Origin: a virus
Taxonomy: Duplodnaviria; Caudoviricetes
Reading direction: 5' to 3' (one strand)
Length of the DNA stretch: 31,341 nucleotides
Virus record (IMG/VR): IMGVR_UViG_3300014775_000568
Span: 1-31,341 of that record
The translations under genes and the position numbers were made by a program. This document shows positions 1 through 8,316 of the stretch, in pieces. The number at the start of each line of letters is the position of its first letter. Within the stretch, counting starts at the first letter, position 1. The notes beneath the pieces are model-generated. The model was given only the letters and a program-made list of their open reading frames with translations, searched no databases and had not been told where the DNA came from.

Positions 1-2
1 TT

Positions 3-467
3 ACGTTATCAAGGAAAGAAACTGCACCTTTTACAAATACAATGATTTTCATAAACCAACCTTGGGTTGAATTACCTGATAATCCATTTGGACAACCAAA
101 GATTCAACCAAAAGGTGGACAATCCATTTATTTGTCTTGTGCGTTAGTATTTTTGTTTGGAAATCAGAAAAGTGCTGGTATATCTAAACTATCTGCCACT
201 AATAAAGGTAGAAAAGTTAATTTTGCGATAAGAACAAAAGTCGGTATACTTAAAAACCATATGAATGGTTTGGGGTATGCGGATTGTAGAATACTTGCGA
301 CAACACACGGATTTATCGAAGATGATAAAAAGGCGATTGATACTTATAAGACTGATTATAAGGATTATTGGTCAGTAGTTTTCGATACTGTGGGTTCAGA
401 TTCAAAGGATTTTGAAGTAGTTGAAGACAGTTTTATTGAGTCACCTGTTGACTACAGTGATAATTGA
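3..467 (+). CDS. RecA/UvsX-like recombinase, C-terminal part (5'-truncated by the window edge)
   Basis: The frame is open from nt 3 (TLSRKETAPFTNT-MIFINQ...), so the ATG at 42 is probably internal. IFINQ...PFGQPKIQPKGG...RTKVGILKNH resembles the RecA IFINQ / L2 loop / GG / KVVKNK motifs; acidic C-terminal tail. Confidence 0.8.
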   Translation, partial: TLSRKETAPFTNTMIFINQPWVELPDNPFGQPKIQPKGGQSIYLSCALVFLFGNQKSAGISKLSATNKGRKVNFAIRTKVGILKNHMNGLGYADCRILATTHGFIEDDKKAIDTYKTDYKDYWSVVFDTVGSDSKDFEVVEDSFIESPVDYSDN

Positions 468-493
468 TTTCTTAACTAATTAAAGTTATCCTT

Positions 494-1534
494 TTGAAAC
501 GACCTAATAGACACAAAGTTGTTAAAAGAACATTATTAGTCGACGGTGATTCATTAATTAAGACCGCCTATTATGGTGCTAAGGACTTATACTCCAATGG
601 TATCCATATAGGCGGTATTTTTCAATTCCTTACAATGTTAAGGAAGATGTTGAATGAAAACAGATTCGACAAAGTATTTGTTTTTTGGGATGGAAAATTT
701 AGTGGTAGACTTAGATATGATTTATATAAAGAATATAAGTCAAATAGAGATAAAGATTTCTACGTTGAACAACCACCTTCTAAGTTAGATTTATATTTAC
801 AGAAAGAGAGAGTGATATCATATTGCGAAGAGTTATTTATTCGTCAATACAGAGACGATATAATTGAAGCGGATGATTGTATCGCATACTATGTAAATAA
901 CTTGACAGAAGGAGAAAGAGTGGTTATTATGAGTAATGATAGAGATCTTTGTCAACTCATAGATGATAATGTAAGTGTTTATGTTATTAATCTAAAGAGA
1001 ATTGTCACTAAAGAGAATTATTTAAAACATTTTAATCATCTTCCATCTAATTTAAAACTTATAAAAATCATATCTGGCGACACTAGTGATAACATCAAAG
1101 GTATTAAGGGTATTAGTGAAAAAACTTTGTTAACATTTTTTCCTGAATTAACTGAAAAAACTTTGACTTTGGAATATATTTTAGATAAAATTGAAACAAT
1201 TCAGAGTGAAAGAGATAGAAGGTTAAAGAAACTTGATAATATCTTAAACAAAGTTACTGTTGGTGTACAAAAAGATAAGATTTTTGAAATCAATGAAAGG
1301 TTGGTTGATTTAAAAAAACCATTGTTGACAGAAGATAGTAGAAATGATTTAGATGATTTAATTCATTCTTCTATTGATCCAGAAGGTAGGTCAACAAAAA
1401 ACGTTTTAAAAATGATGGTTAGTGATGGATTAATGACTGCCATTCCGGGAGGACAAGATGGTTACATAAGATTTTTAGAACCATTTTTGCCTCTAATAAA
1501 AAAAGAGAAAAAATTATATAAAAAAAACATTTAG
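494..1534 (+). CDS. 5'-3' exonuclease / flap endonuclease (PolA N-terminal / T4 RNase H family)
   Basis: Motifs LLVDGDSL, VFWDG, R..LYKEYKSNR, EADDCIA, SNDRDLCQL and helix-3-turn-helix GDTSDNIKGIKGISEKT. TTG start, so the exact start is uncertain. Confidence 0.92.
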   Translation: MKRPNRHKVVKRTLLVDGDSLIKTAYYGAKDLYSNGIHIGGIFQFLTMLRKMLNENRFDKVFVFWDGKFSGRLRYDLYKEYKSNRDKDFYVEQPPSKLDLYLQKERVISYCEELFIRQYRDDIIEADDCIAYYVNNLTEGERVVIMSNDRDLCQLIDDNVSVYVINLKRIVTKENYLKHFNHLPSNLKLIKIISGDTSDNIKGIKGISEKTLLTFFPELTEKTLTLEYILDKIETIQSERDRRLKKLDNILNKVTVGVQKDKIFEINERLVDLKKPLLTEDSRNDLDDLIHSSIDPEGRSTKNVLKMMVSDGLMTAIPGGQDGYIRFLEPFLPLIKKEKKLYKKNI

Positions 1535-1538
1535 AAGT

Positions 1539-2009
1539 ATGAAAAAGACTTATAAAAAATATCCGTTTGAGTTTATGTTTTTAATAAACGACAACCCTAT
1601 TGTTGGTAGAAATTTCCCTATAAATGGTTTTAATAAAAAGAGTATTTTATCTTACGAACTTAAAGAAACTATTGATAGTATTGTAGTACAAATACAAAGA
1701 TTTTTTAAAGATAAAAGTTGTGACTACCTTTATAGATATCACAATTATTATAACAATGAAGATAGTCTTAATATTGATGACGTTTATGCGGATGAAGATA
1801 TTTTTAAATTCCAAATTAAGTACAAAGGTAGAGTTATTGCGTCAAGAATTTTTTCAGGAAATGACTTCCCACCGAAGGTCAGATATGATGTTGATATAAG
1901 AAAAATTATACCTAGAATCATCGAAAAAATACAAGAATCCTTGAGTCAAAAAAAATATACGCAAAATTATCTCGAATATGACTTGACTAGTATATTTATT
2001 AATAAATAA
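1539..2009 (+). CDS. Hypothetical protein (156 aa) in the replication module
   Basis: Clean ORF packed 4 nt after the exonuclease and 13 nt before the helicase; no recognised catalytic motif. Confidence 0.8.
   Translation: MKKTYKKYPFEFMFLINDNPIVGRNFPINGFNKKSILSYELKETIDSIVVQIQRFFKDKSCDYLYRYHNYYNNEDSLNIDDVYADEDIFKFQIKYKGRVIASRIFSGNDFPPKVRYDVDIRKIIPRIIEKIQESLSQKKYTQNYLEYDLTSIFINK
1992..1999 (+). promoter_or_regulatory. ATATTTAT motif, candidate phage promoter for the helicase
   Basis: Same octamer as before 5665, 16576, 26485 and 30542; ends 23 nt before ATG 2023 and overlaps the last codons of the upstream ORF. Confidence 0.45.
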
Positions 2010-2022
2010 AATTTAAAAAAAG

Positions 2023-3402
2023 ATGGCGAAAAATCAAAGTTCAAATTTAGGTTACTTAGGTCATACCTTTCAAGTAAAGTTATTAAAACAGATTATTGAA
2101 GATCATAAGTTTTCTGAAAGTATTATTTCCATAGTTAATCCTAATTACTTTGAAAATGAGTATATGAGAATTGTTGTTTCTGGAATTAAGAATTACAATG
2201 AAAAATACGATACAATCCCAACGTACAATACAATATCGAATATTATTAGGACTGAGGTTAAGAGAGAAATACCCAGAGAATCTGCGATTGAGTTATTGAG
2301 GGAAGTCGAAAGTACTGATAGTAGAGACTGTTTACACACACAAGAAATTGCCATTAAGTTCTGCAAACAACAGGAACTAAAGAAGGCTACACAAAAGATT
2401 CAGAAGATTTTAGATACTGGAGATTTTGATAGATATGAAGAGTGTGAAGAGATAGTAAAACAGGCTATATTGGTAGGTTCTAACAGGGATGAAGGTATTG
2501 ATGTTTTTCATAAAATTGAAGATGTTTTAGAAGATGATTTTAGAGATCCTATTCCAACAGGATTAGTAGGTATTGATAATTATATGGGTGGTGGACTGTC
2601 AAAAGGTGAGTTGGGAGTTATTTTAGCAGCATTTGGTGTTGGTAAAACAACAATAATGACTAGAATGGCGAACAGTGCATATCTTAATAACAAAAATGTT
2701 GTACAGATATTTTTTGAAGATAATCCAAAAGTAATTCAAAGAAAACATATTACATGTTTTACGGGTATTGAACTTAATTCTCTACAAACTAGAAGAGATG
2801 AAGTTAAAAAACTTTTACCTAAATTTGAAAGTATGGGTGGTAATTTAATTCTAAAAAAGATGCCTAGTGATGGTACAACTATACCACATATAAAACAATA
2901 CCTTAAAAAATTAATATCTAGTGGTTTAAAACCTGATATTATATTTTTAGATTACATTGATTGTGTTGTACCAACTAAAAGTTTTGATAATGAATATAGT
3001 GGAGAAGGTAATGTTATGAGACAATTTGAAACTATGTTAACAGAATTAGATATTGCTGGTTGGACTGCGGTACAAGGTAATAGAAGTGCGATTGGTGCGG
3101 ATTTAGTAGAGGCACATATGATGGGTGGTTCTATTAAAAAAGGACAGATTGGACATTTTATTATGTCAGTTGCGAAAACATTGGATCAAAAAGAAGATGG
3201 TACTGCAACACTTGCAATATTAAAATCTAGATTTGGAAAGGATGGTGTTACTTTTCCTGATATTCTTTTTGACAATGGTACATTAAATATTGATACTTCA
3301 CAATCTAGTGGTATTACATTTGTTGAAAATAAGGAAGTAACTAAAAGAAAAGATCAAACATTTATAGAAAAGGCGATTGAAAAAAGTAGAGGTTTTAACT
3401 AA
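2023..3402 (+). CDS. Replicative DNA helicase, SF4 (DnaB / T4 gp41-like)
   Basis: IPTG...GGLSKGELGVILAAFGVGKT (Walker A), IFLDYID (Walker B), TAVQGNR, ILKSRFG (arginine finger). Confidence 0.93.
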   Translation: MAKNQSSNLGYLGHTFQVKLLKQIIEDHKFSESIISIVNPNYFENEYMRIVVSGIKNYNEKYDTIPTYNTISNIIRTEVKREIPRESAIELLREVESTDSRDCLHTQEIAIKFCKQQELKKATQKIQKILDTGDFDRYEECEEIVKQAILVGSNRDEGIDVFHKIEDVLEDDFRDPIPTGLVGIDNYMGGGLSKGELGVILAAFGVGKTTIMTRMANSAYLNNKNVVQIFFEDNPKVIQRKHITCFTGIELNSLQTRRDEVKKLLPKFESMGGNLILKKMPSDGTTIPHIKQYLKKLISSGLKPDIIFLDYIDCVVPTKSFDNEYSGEGNVMRQFETMLTELDIAGWTAVQGNRSAIGADLVEAHMMGGSIKKGQIGHFIMSVAKTLDQKEDGTATLAILKSRFGKDGVTFPDILFDNGTLNIDTSQSSGITFVENKEVTKRKDQTFIEKAIEKSRGFN

Positions 3403-3427
3403 CTTTTTTCTATATTATCTGTTAGTT

Positions 3428-3450
3428 TTAATGACGTAAAAAATCATTAA
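3428..3450. promoter_or_regulatory. Inverted repeat TTAATGA-N9-TCATTAA in the helicase-RNR spacer (possible operator or weak hairpin)
   Basis: Perfect 7-bp arms at 3428-3434 and 3444-3450 in a 97-nt intergenic gap; AT-rich, so chance is plausible. Confidence 0.25.
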
Positions 3451-3499
3451 TGGGATAATATACTCTTAAAAAATAATAACAAACAAAAAAAAATTTAAA

Positions 3500-5359
3500 A
3501 TGGATTTATCTACTAAAATTTTATCAGACATTACAGTACATATGAAGTACGCTAAATATGTACCACAAAAAAACAGAAGAGAAACTTGGTATGAATTAGT
3601 AACAAGAAATAAAGAGATGCATCAAAAGAAATACCCTCAACTAAAAGAAGAAATAGAAGAGGTATATAAAATGGTGTATGAAAAGAAAATATTACCCTCA
3701 ATGAGAAGTTTACAGTTTGGTGGAAAACCTATTGAGATTTCACCAAACCGTATATATAATTGTGCGTATCTACCTATTGATCATGTTGACGCATTTGCAG
3801 AAACTATGTTCTTACTATTAGGTGGTACAGGTGTAGGTTTTTCAGTTCAAAAACATCACGTTGATAAATTACCTGACATTAAAAAACCTAACCCAAAAAG
3901 AAAAAGAAGATACCTTATTGGTGACTCAATTGAAGGTTGGGCAGACGCAATTAAAGTTTTAGTAGAATCCTATTTCGGTATAAAATCATCCACACCTGTT
4001 TTTGACTATTCTGATATTAGACAAAAAGGTGCATTGTTGGTTACATCTGGTGGTAAGGCACCTGGTCCACAACCATTAAAAGATTGTATCCATAACATTA
4101 AAAAAGTTTTGGAAAATAAAGAAGATGGTGATAAAATGCAACCCATTGAAGTACACGATATTGTTTGTTATATCGCAGATGCAGTACTAGCAGGTGGTAT
4201 TAGAAGAGCAGCATTGATTAGTTTATTTAGTGCTGATGATGATGAAATGATTTCTTGTAAATCAGGTGCGTGGTGGGAACTAAATGCACAAAGAGGTAGA
4301 GCGAACAACTCAGCAGTATTACTTAGACACAAAGTAACTAAAAACTTTTTCTTAGACTTATGGAAAAGAATTGAACTAAGTGGTGCAGGTGAACCAGGTA
4401 TTTATTTCTCTAATGATAAAGATTGGGGTACAAATCCTTGTTGTGAGATTGGGTTGAGACCTTATCAGTTCTGTAATCTATGTGAAGTTAATGCGTCTGA
4501 TATTGAATCACAAGAAGATTTTGAAAAAAGAGTGAAAGGTGCATCCTTTATCGGTACACTACAAGCGGGTTATACTGATTTCCACTATTTGAGAGATGTA
4601 TGGAAAAGAACAACAGAGAAAGATGCACTAATTGGTGTAGGTATGACAGGTATCGGTTCTGGTGTTGTATTGGGTTATGATATGAAATCAGCGGCGAAAG
4701 CAGTAAAAGAAGAAAACGAAAGAGTTGCGGAATTAATTGGTATTAATAAAGCGGCAAGAACAACAACAGTAAAACCATCGGGTACATCATCTTTGGTTTT
4801 GGGAACATCTTCTGGTATTCACGCTTGGCACAACGATTATTATGTTAGAAGAATTAGAGTAGGTAAAAATGAATCTATTTATAACTATTTGAATGAAAGT
4901 CACCCAGAATTGGTTGAAGATGAAATTTTCAGACCACACGATACTGCGGTTATTTCCATCCCACAAAAAGCACCAAAAGGATCTATTTTGAGATATGAAT
5001 CTGCGTTTGAACTTTTAGATAGAGTTAAGAAAATATCACAAGAATGGATTAAGAATGGACATAGAGGTGGACAAAACACTCACAATGTTTCTGCAACTAT
5101 CTCATTGAAAGAAGAAGATTGGGAACTAGCAGGTGAATGGATGTGGGAAAACAGAAAATTCTATAATGGTTTATCTGTATTACCATACAATGGTGGAACA
5201 TACCAACAAGCACCTTTTGAAGATTGTGATGAAGAAACATATAACAAAATGATGTCTTCCCTTAAAAATGTTGATTTAACTAAAGTTGTTGAAACACAAG
5301 ATAACACTAATCTTACAGGTGAAATTGCCTGTGGGGCGAATGGTTGTGAAATTGTGTAG
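3500..5359 (+). CDS. nrdJ: Class II adenosylcobalamin-dependent ribonucleotide reductase (monomeric RTPR-like)
   Basis: RETWYELVTR, PSMRSLQFGG, YNC, GGIRRAALI, active-site TNPCCEI, FCNL, TTVKPSGT and C-terminal CGANGC redox pair; 619 aa, no ATP-cone, no adjacent NrdB or NrdG. Confidence 0.88.
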   Translation: MDLSTKILSDITVHMKYAKYVPQKNRRETWYELVTRNKEMHQKKYPQLKEEIEEVYKMVYEKKILPSMRSLQFGGKPIEISPNRIYNCAYLPIDHVDAFAETMFLLLGGTGVGFSVQKHHVDKLPDIKKPNPKRKRRYLIGDSIEGWADAIKVLVESYFGIKSSTPVFDYSDIRQKGALLVTSGGKAPGPQPLKDCIHNIKKVLENKEDGDKMQPIEVHDIVCYIADAVLAGGIRRAALISLFSADDDEMISCKSGAWWELNAQRGRANNSAVLLRHKVTKNFFLDLWKRIELSGAGEPGIYFSNDKDWGTNPCCEIGLRPYQFCNLCEVNASDIESQEDFEKRVKGASFIGTLQAGYTDFHYLRDVWKRTTEKDALIGVGMTGIGSGVVLGYDMKSAAKAVKEENERVAELIGINKAARTTTVKPSGTSSLVLGTSSGIHAWHNDYYVRRIRVGKNESIYNYLNESHPELVEDEIFRPHDTAVISIPQKAPKGSILRYESAFELLDRVKKISQEWIKNGHRGGQNTHNVSATISLKEEDWELAGEWMWENRKFYNGLSVLPYNGGTYQQAPFEDCDEETYNKMMSSLKNVDLTKVVETQDNTNLTGEIACGANGCEIV

Positions 5360-5361
5360 AT

Positions 5362-5580
5362 ATGAGAATGGTTAATACAAACAGAGATTGGGTATTTCAA
5401 GAGTATGTTAGACAAATAAGTAAACCAAAATTGAGAGAGAATGAGTTTTATGTAGATGATACTGGTAATTTTGTTTTAACATCTGAATACCTAAAGAAAA
5501 GAGGGAGTTGTTGTGGTAATGGATGTACGAATTGTCCTTATACACCCAAACATACAAAAGGTACTAACCTAATTAACTAA
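5362..5580 (+). CDS. Small Cys-rich protein, DUF5522-like
   Basis: FYVDDTGNFVLTSEYLKKRGSCCGNGCTNCPY matches the RGxCCGxGCxxCPY signature I associate with DUF5522; starts 2 nt after the RNR stop (alternative ATG at 5368). Confidence 0.8.
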   Translation: MRMVNTNRDWVFQEYVRQISKPKLRENEFYVDDTGNFVLTSEYLKKRGSCCGNGCTNCPYTPKHTKGTNLIN

Positions 5581-5584
5581 ATAG

Positions 5585-5614
5585 AAAGTCGGAGAAATCC
5601 GACTTTTTATTTTT
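5585..5614 (+). terminator. Rho-independent terminator
   Basis: 9-bp stem AAAGTCGGA / TCCGACTTT with a GAAA tetraloop, followed by a T-rich tract; separates the replication and structural modules. Confidence 0.88.
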
Positions 5615-5650
5615 ATATATAGTATTTCCTTACAAAAAAATAATACTATA

Positions 5651-5658
5651 ATATTTAT
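5651..5658 (+). promoter_or_regulatory. ATATTTAT motif, candidate late promoter for the baseplate operon
   Basis: Lies downstream of the terminator, 6 nt before ATG 5665, where transcription would have to restart. Confidence 0.55.
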
Positions 5659-5664
5659 ATACAA

Positions 5665-6048
5665 ATGGCAAAGACTAGATATATAAACATAGATTTCCCT
5701 TTTAGTGATAGTAATAAGGGTTTTTATTTTAAACTAAATCAGACTGATAGAGATGCGATTAGGGCGGATTTATTACACCTATTATTAACTAATAAAGGTG
5801 AAAGGTTATACTCACCTAATTTTGGTAGTGATTTAAAGAAATTTATATTTGAACCAAACGATAGTATAACACATGATAAGATACGAGAAAATTTAAATGA
5901 AACTATAAAAGAGTACATACCTAATTTAATAGTTAATAGTATTGAATTTAGGAACGATGATATTCAAGAATTAATAATTGTGGAATTGACATATACTGTC
6001 AATGAAGGTACGTTTAGGACTACTGATACAGTTACATTAACACTATAA
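5665..6048 (+). CDS. Baseplate wedge / sheath initiator, T4 gp25 / P2 gpW family
   Basis: AIRADLLHLLLTNKGERLYSPNFGSDLKKFIFEP signature; 127 aa; immediately precedes the gp6-like gene. Confidence 0.92.
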   Translation: MAKTRYINIDFPFSDSNKGFYFKLNQTDRDAIRADLLHLLLTNKGERLYSPNFGSDLKKFIFEPNDSITHDKIRENLNETIKEYIPNLIVNSIEFRNDDIQELIIVELTYTVNEGTFRTTDTVTLTL

Positions 6049-6051
6049 TAT

Positions 6052-7881
6052 ATGGCAAAGAAGATAGATTATAACGCTAGGAATTTTTCTGATGTTAGAC
6101 AACAATTAATTCAATTTATACAGAAATATTATCCTGAAACATTCTCAGATTTCAATGACGCTTCGGTTGGTATGATGTTATTAGAATTGAATGCTGCGGT
6201 TGGTGATATGTTATCATTTCATACCGATAGAATGTTCAATGAAACTCAAATTAATTATGCACAGGAGAGATCTTCAGTTTTGGAATTGGCGAGAACTTTT
6301 GGTTTAAATATTCCTGGTAAAAGACCTAGTTTAACTATTGTTGATTGGACAGTAACGAATATACCTGTAAATGGTGATACATTTGATATTAGTTACGCAC
6401 CTAAAATTTTAAAGGGTTCACAAGCTATTGGTGGTGGTAAAGTATTTGAATTATTGGAAGATTGTGATTTTGCATCACCATTTGCGTCTGGTGGTATTCC
6501 TAATAGATTGATTATACCTAATATTGATGGTAGTGGTATTATACAAAATTATAGTTTAACTAAAAGAGAGATAGTTGTTAATGGGTTTACTAAAATTTAT
6601 AAGAAAACTTTAAATACACAAGATTTTAGACCTTTCTTAGAGGTTGTTTTACCAGAAGATAATGTTTTATCTATTGACAATATTATTGTAAAAGAGGGAA
6701 CTAATTTTAGTACTACACCAACAGAGGAAGAGTTTAGTGATTTTGATTTAAATTTCTTTGAAGTTCCTGCGTTGGCACAATCACAAATTTATATTGTTGA
6801 TGATAATGGTGTTTCAGATAGAGAGGGTGTTGTTGTTGGTAAATGGAAGAATTCACCTAAAAGATTTATAAAAGAATTTACGGATAACGGTTTCTGTAAA
6901 ATTATATTTGGTGGTGGTGAAACAGATACAAGTGAATTAAATGAATTTGTTGGTTGTAGAGGACAGATAGATAGTATTGGTAAAAAGATAAACAACTTAT
7001 CATTGGGTGAAATACCTTCACCTTCTAGTACAATGTTTGTTAGATATAGAGTTGGTGGTGGAGAAGATAGTAATTTAGGTCCAAATATTATTAATACTTT
7101 GGGTACGGTTACATCTATTGTAAATGGTGATGATACAACAATTAATACAATTATAAGAAATAGTATTAGTGTTAATAATCCTATACCTGCGTTGGGTGGT
7201 AAAGAAGAACCTTCTGTTGATGAAATTAGAAACTTAGTTAGATATAATTTTTCGGCACAGGAAAGATGTGTTACAATAAAAGATTATCAGAGTAGAGTAC
7301 CTTTGATGCCTGGTAGATTTGGTGTTCCATTTAGAACTGGTGTTTTAGAAGAAAGGAACAAAGTAGTGGTTTATGTTTTGGCGTTGGATTCTAGTGGTAA
7401 ATTAACTAGTGAGGCAACATCAACATTAAAAGAAAACATCGCAGAATATTTGGCGGATTATAGAATGTTAAATGATTTTGTTGTTGTAAGAAATGGTAGG
7501 GTTATAAATTTGGGTTTTGAGGTGGATATATTTGCGGATAAGGCGATACCTAAAGGTGAAGTTATTTCTGGTGTTGTGAACTCAATAACCGATTATTTTG
7601 ATATTAATAAATGGGATATGGGTGATAACATATATATTTCACAATTAGTGGAAAATATTAATAATGTTAGTGGTGTTCTTAACGTAACTGATTTAAGAGT
7701 ATTTAACAAAGTTAATGAGAACGGAAAATATTCATTAAATGAAATTGCACAACCATATATTGATGAAGAAACTAGACAAATAGATTTATTGGGTAGATAT
7801 ACATTATTTGGTTCACCGAATTCAATGTTTGAGATTAAATTCCCTAATAATGATATTAAAGTAAGTATTTCTACTAACTAA
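6052..7881 (+). CDS. Baseplate wedge subunit, T4 gp6 / baseplate J-like
   Basis: NFSDVRQQLIQF...SDFNDASVGMMLLEL...ETQINYAQERSSVLELARTFG; YRVGGGEDSN; GGKEEPSVDEIR...FSAQERCVTIKDY. Confidence 0.9.
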   Translation: MAKKIDYNARNFSDVRQQLIQFIQKYYPETFSDFNDASVGMMLLELNAAVGDMLSFHTDRMFNETQINYAQERSSVLELARTFGLNIPGKRPSLTIVDWTVTNIPVNGDTFDISYAPKILKGSQAIGGGKVFELLEDCDFASPFASGGIPNRLIIPNIDGSGIIQNYSLTKREIVVNGFTKIYKKTLNTQDFRPFLEVVLPEDNVLSIDNIIVKEGTNFSTTPTEEEFSDFDLNFFEVPALAQSQIYIVDDNGVSDREGVVVGKWKNSPKRFIKEFTDNGFCKIIFGGGETDTSELNEFVGCRGQIDSIGKKINNLSLGEIPSPSSTMFVRYRVGGGEDSNLGPNIINTLGTVTSIVNGDDTTINTIIRNSISVNNPIPALGGKEEPSVDEIRNLVRYNFSAQERCVTIKDYQSRVPLMPGRFGVPFRTGVLEERNKVVVYVLALDSSGKLTSEATSTLKENIAEYLADYRMLNDFVVVRNGRVINLGFEVDIFADKAIPKGEVISGVVNSITDYFDINKWDMGDNIYISQLVENINNVSGVLNVTDLRVFNKVNENGKYSLNEIAQPYIDEETRQIDLLGRYTLFGSPNSMFEIKFPNNDIKVSISTN

Positions 7882-7932
7882 TAGTTACTTTTTTATAAAA
7901 CATATTATTTTTAAATAAAAAATATATTAATT

Positions 7933-8316
7933 ATGGGATGTAAAACATGTAAAACGAATAAAAAAAATTTAAGTACTGAAGAAAATTCATTACCTAGTGA
8001 TATAACATCTAGCAATTTTTTATTTAGAGTTATTGGTTTTTTTTGTATAACAATAGCATTACCTTTTATTTTAATAGTGTTAGTGGGACAACTTTTTATT
8101 GCGTTTTTTCTACCTAAATTTTATGGTCGTATAAGTAATAAAGTTACTGAATTATATCATAATTTTATTAGAAATTCACAAATAGGTAGGATGGAAAAAG
8201 ATGTTGAAAAAAGAGAAAAACAATTCAAAAACAATGAAGGGTATGAAGAGGGAAGTAAATTACTAGATATTGAAGTATATGAAGAAAATAATGAAATGAA
8301 TAAAGAAGATGAATAA
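7933..8316 (+). CDS. Small membrane protein with N-terminal CxxC
   Basis: MGCKTCK start; about 30-aa hydrophobic stretch FLFRVIGFFCITIALPFILIVLVGQLFIAFFL; charged, acidic C-terminus; its stop directly abuts the next ATG. Confidence 0.8.
   Translation: MGCKTCKTNKKNLSTEENSLPSDITSSNFLFRVIGFFCITIALPFILIVLVGQLFIAFFLPKFYGRISNKVTELYHNFIRNSQIGRMEKDVEKREKQFKNNEGYEEGSKLLDIEVYEENNEMNKEDE

Noticed and set aside
3403-3499. Cobalamin riboswitch upstream of nrdJ
   Set aside because: Too short and too AT-rich; no B12-box or multi-stem potential.
2023-5359. Inteins or group I introns in the helicase and RNR
   Set aside because: Both ORFs are uninterrupted and of normal length, with no intein splice motifs or homing endonuclease signatures seen.
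5357-5364. Stop-codon recoding, or TAG readthrough fusing the RNR to the DUF5522-like protein
   Set aside because: The downstream ORF is in a different frame; TAG (1534, 5359) and TGA (467) end genes at natural boundaries, and multi-kb ORFs are intact under the standard code.
7933-7953. MGC N-terminus as a myristoylation signal suggesting a eukaryotic giant virus
   Set aside because: The gp25/gp6 baseplate genes, operon packing and intrinsic terminator indicate a bacteriophage; a CxxC metal or thiol site is the simpler reading.
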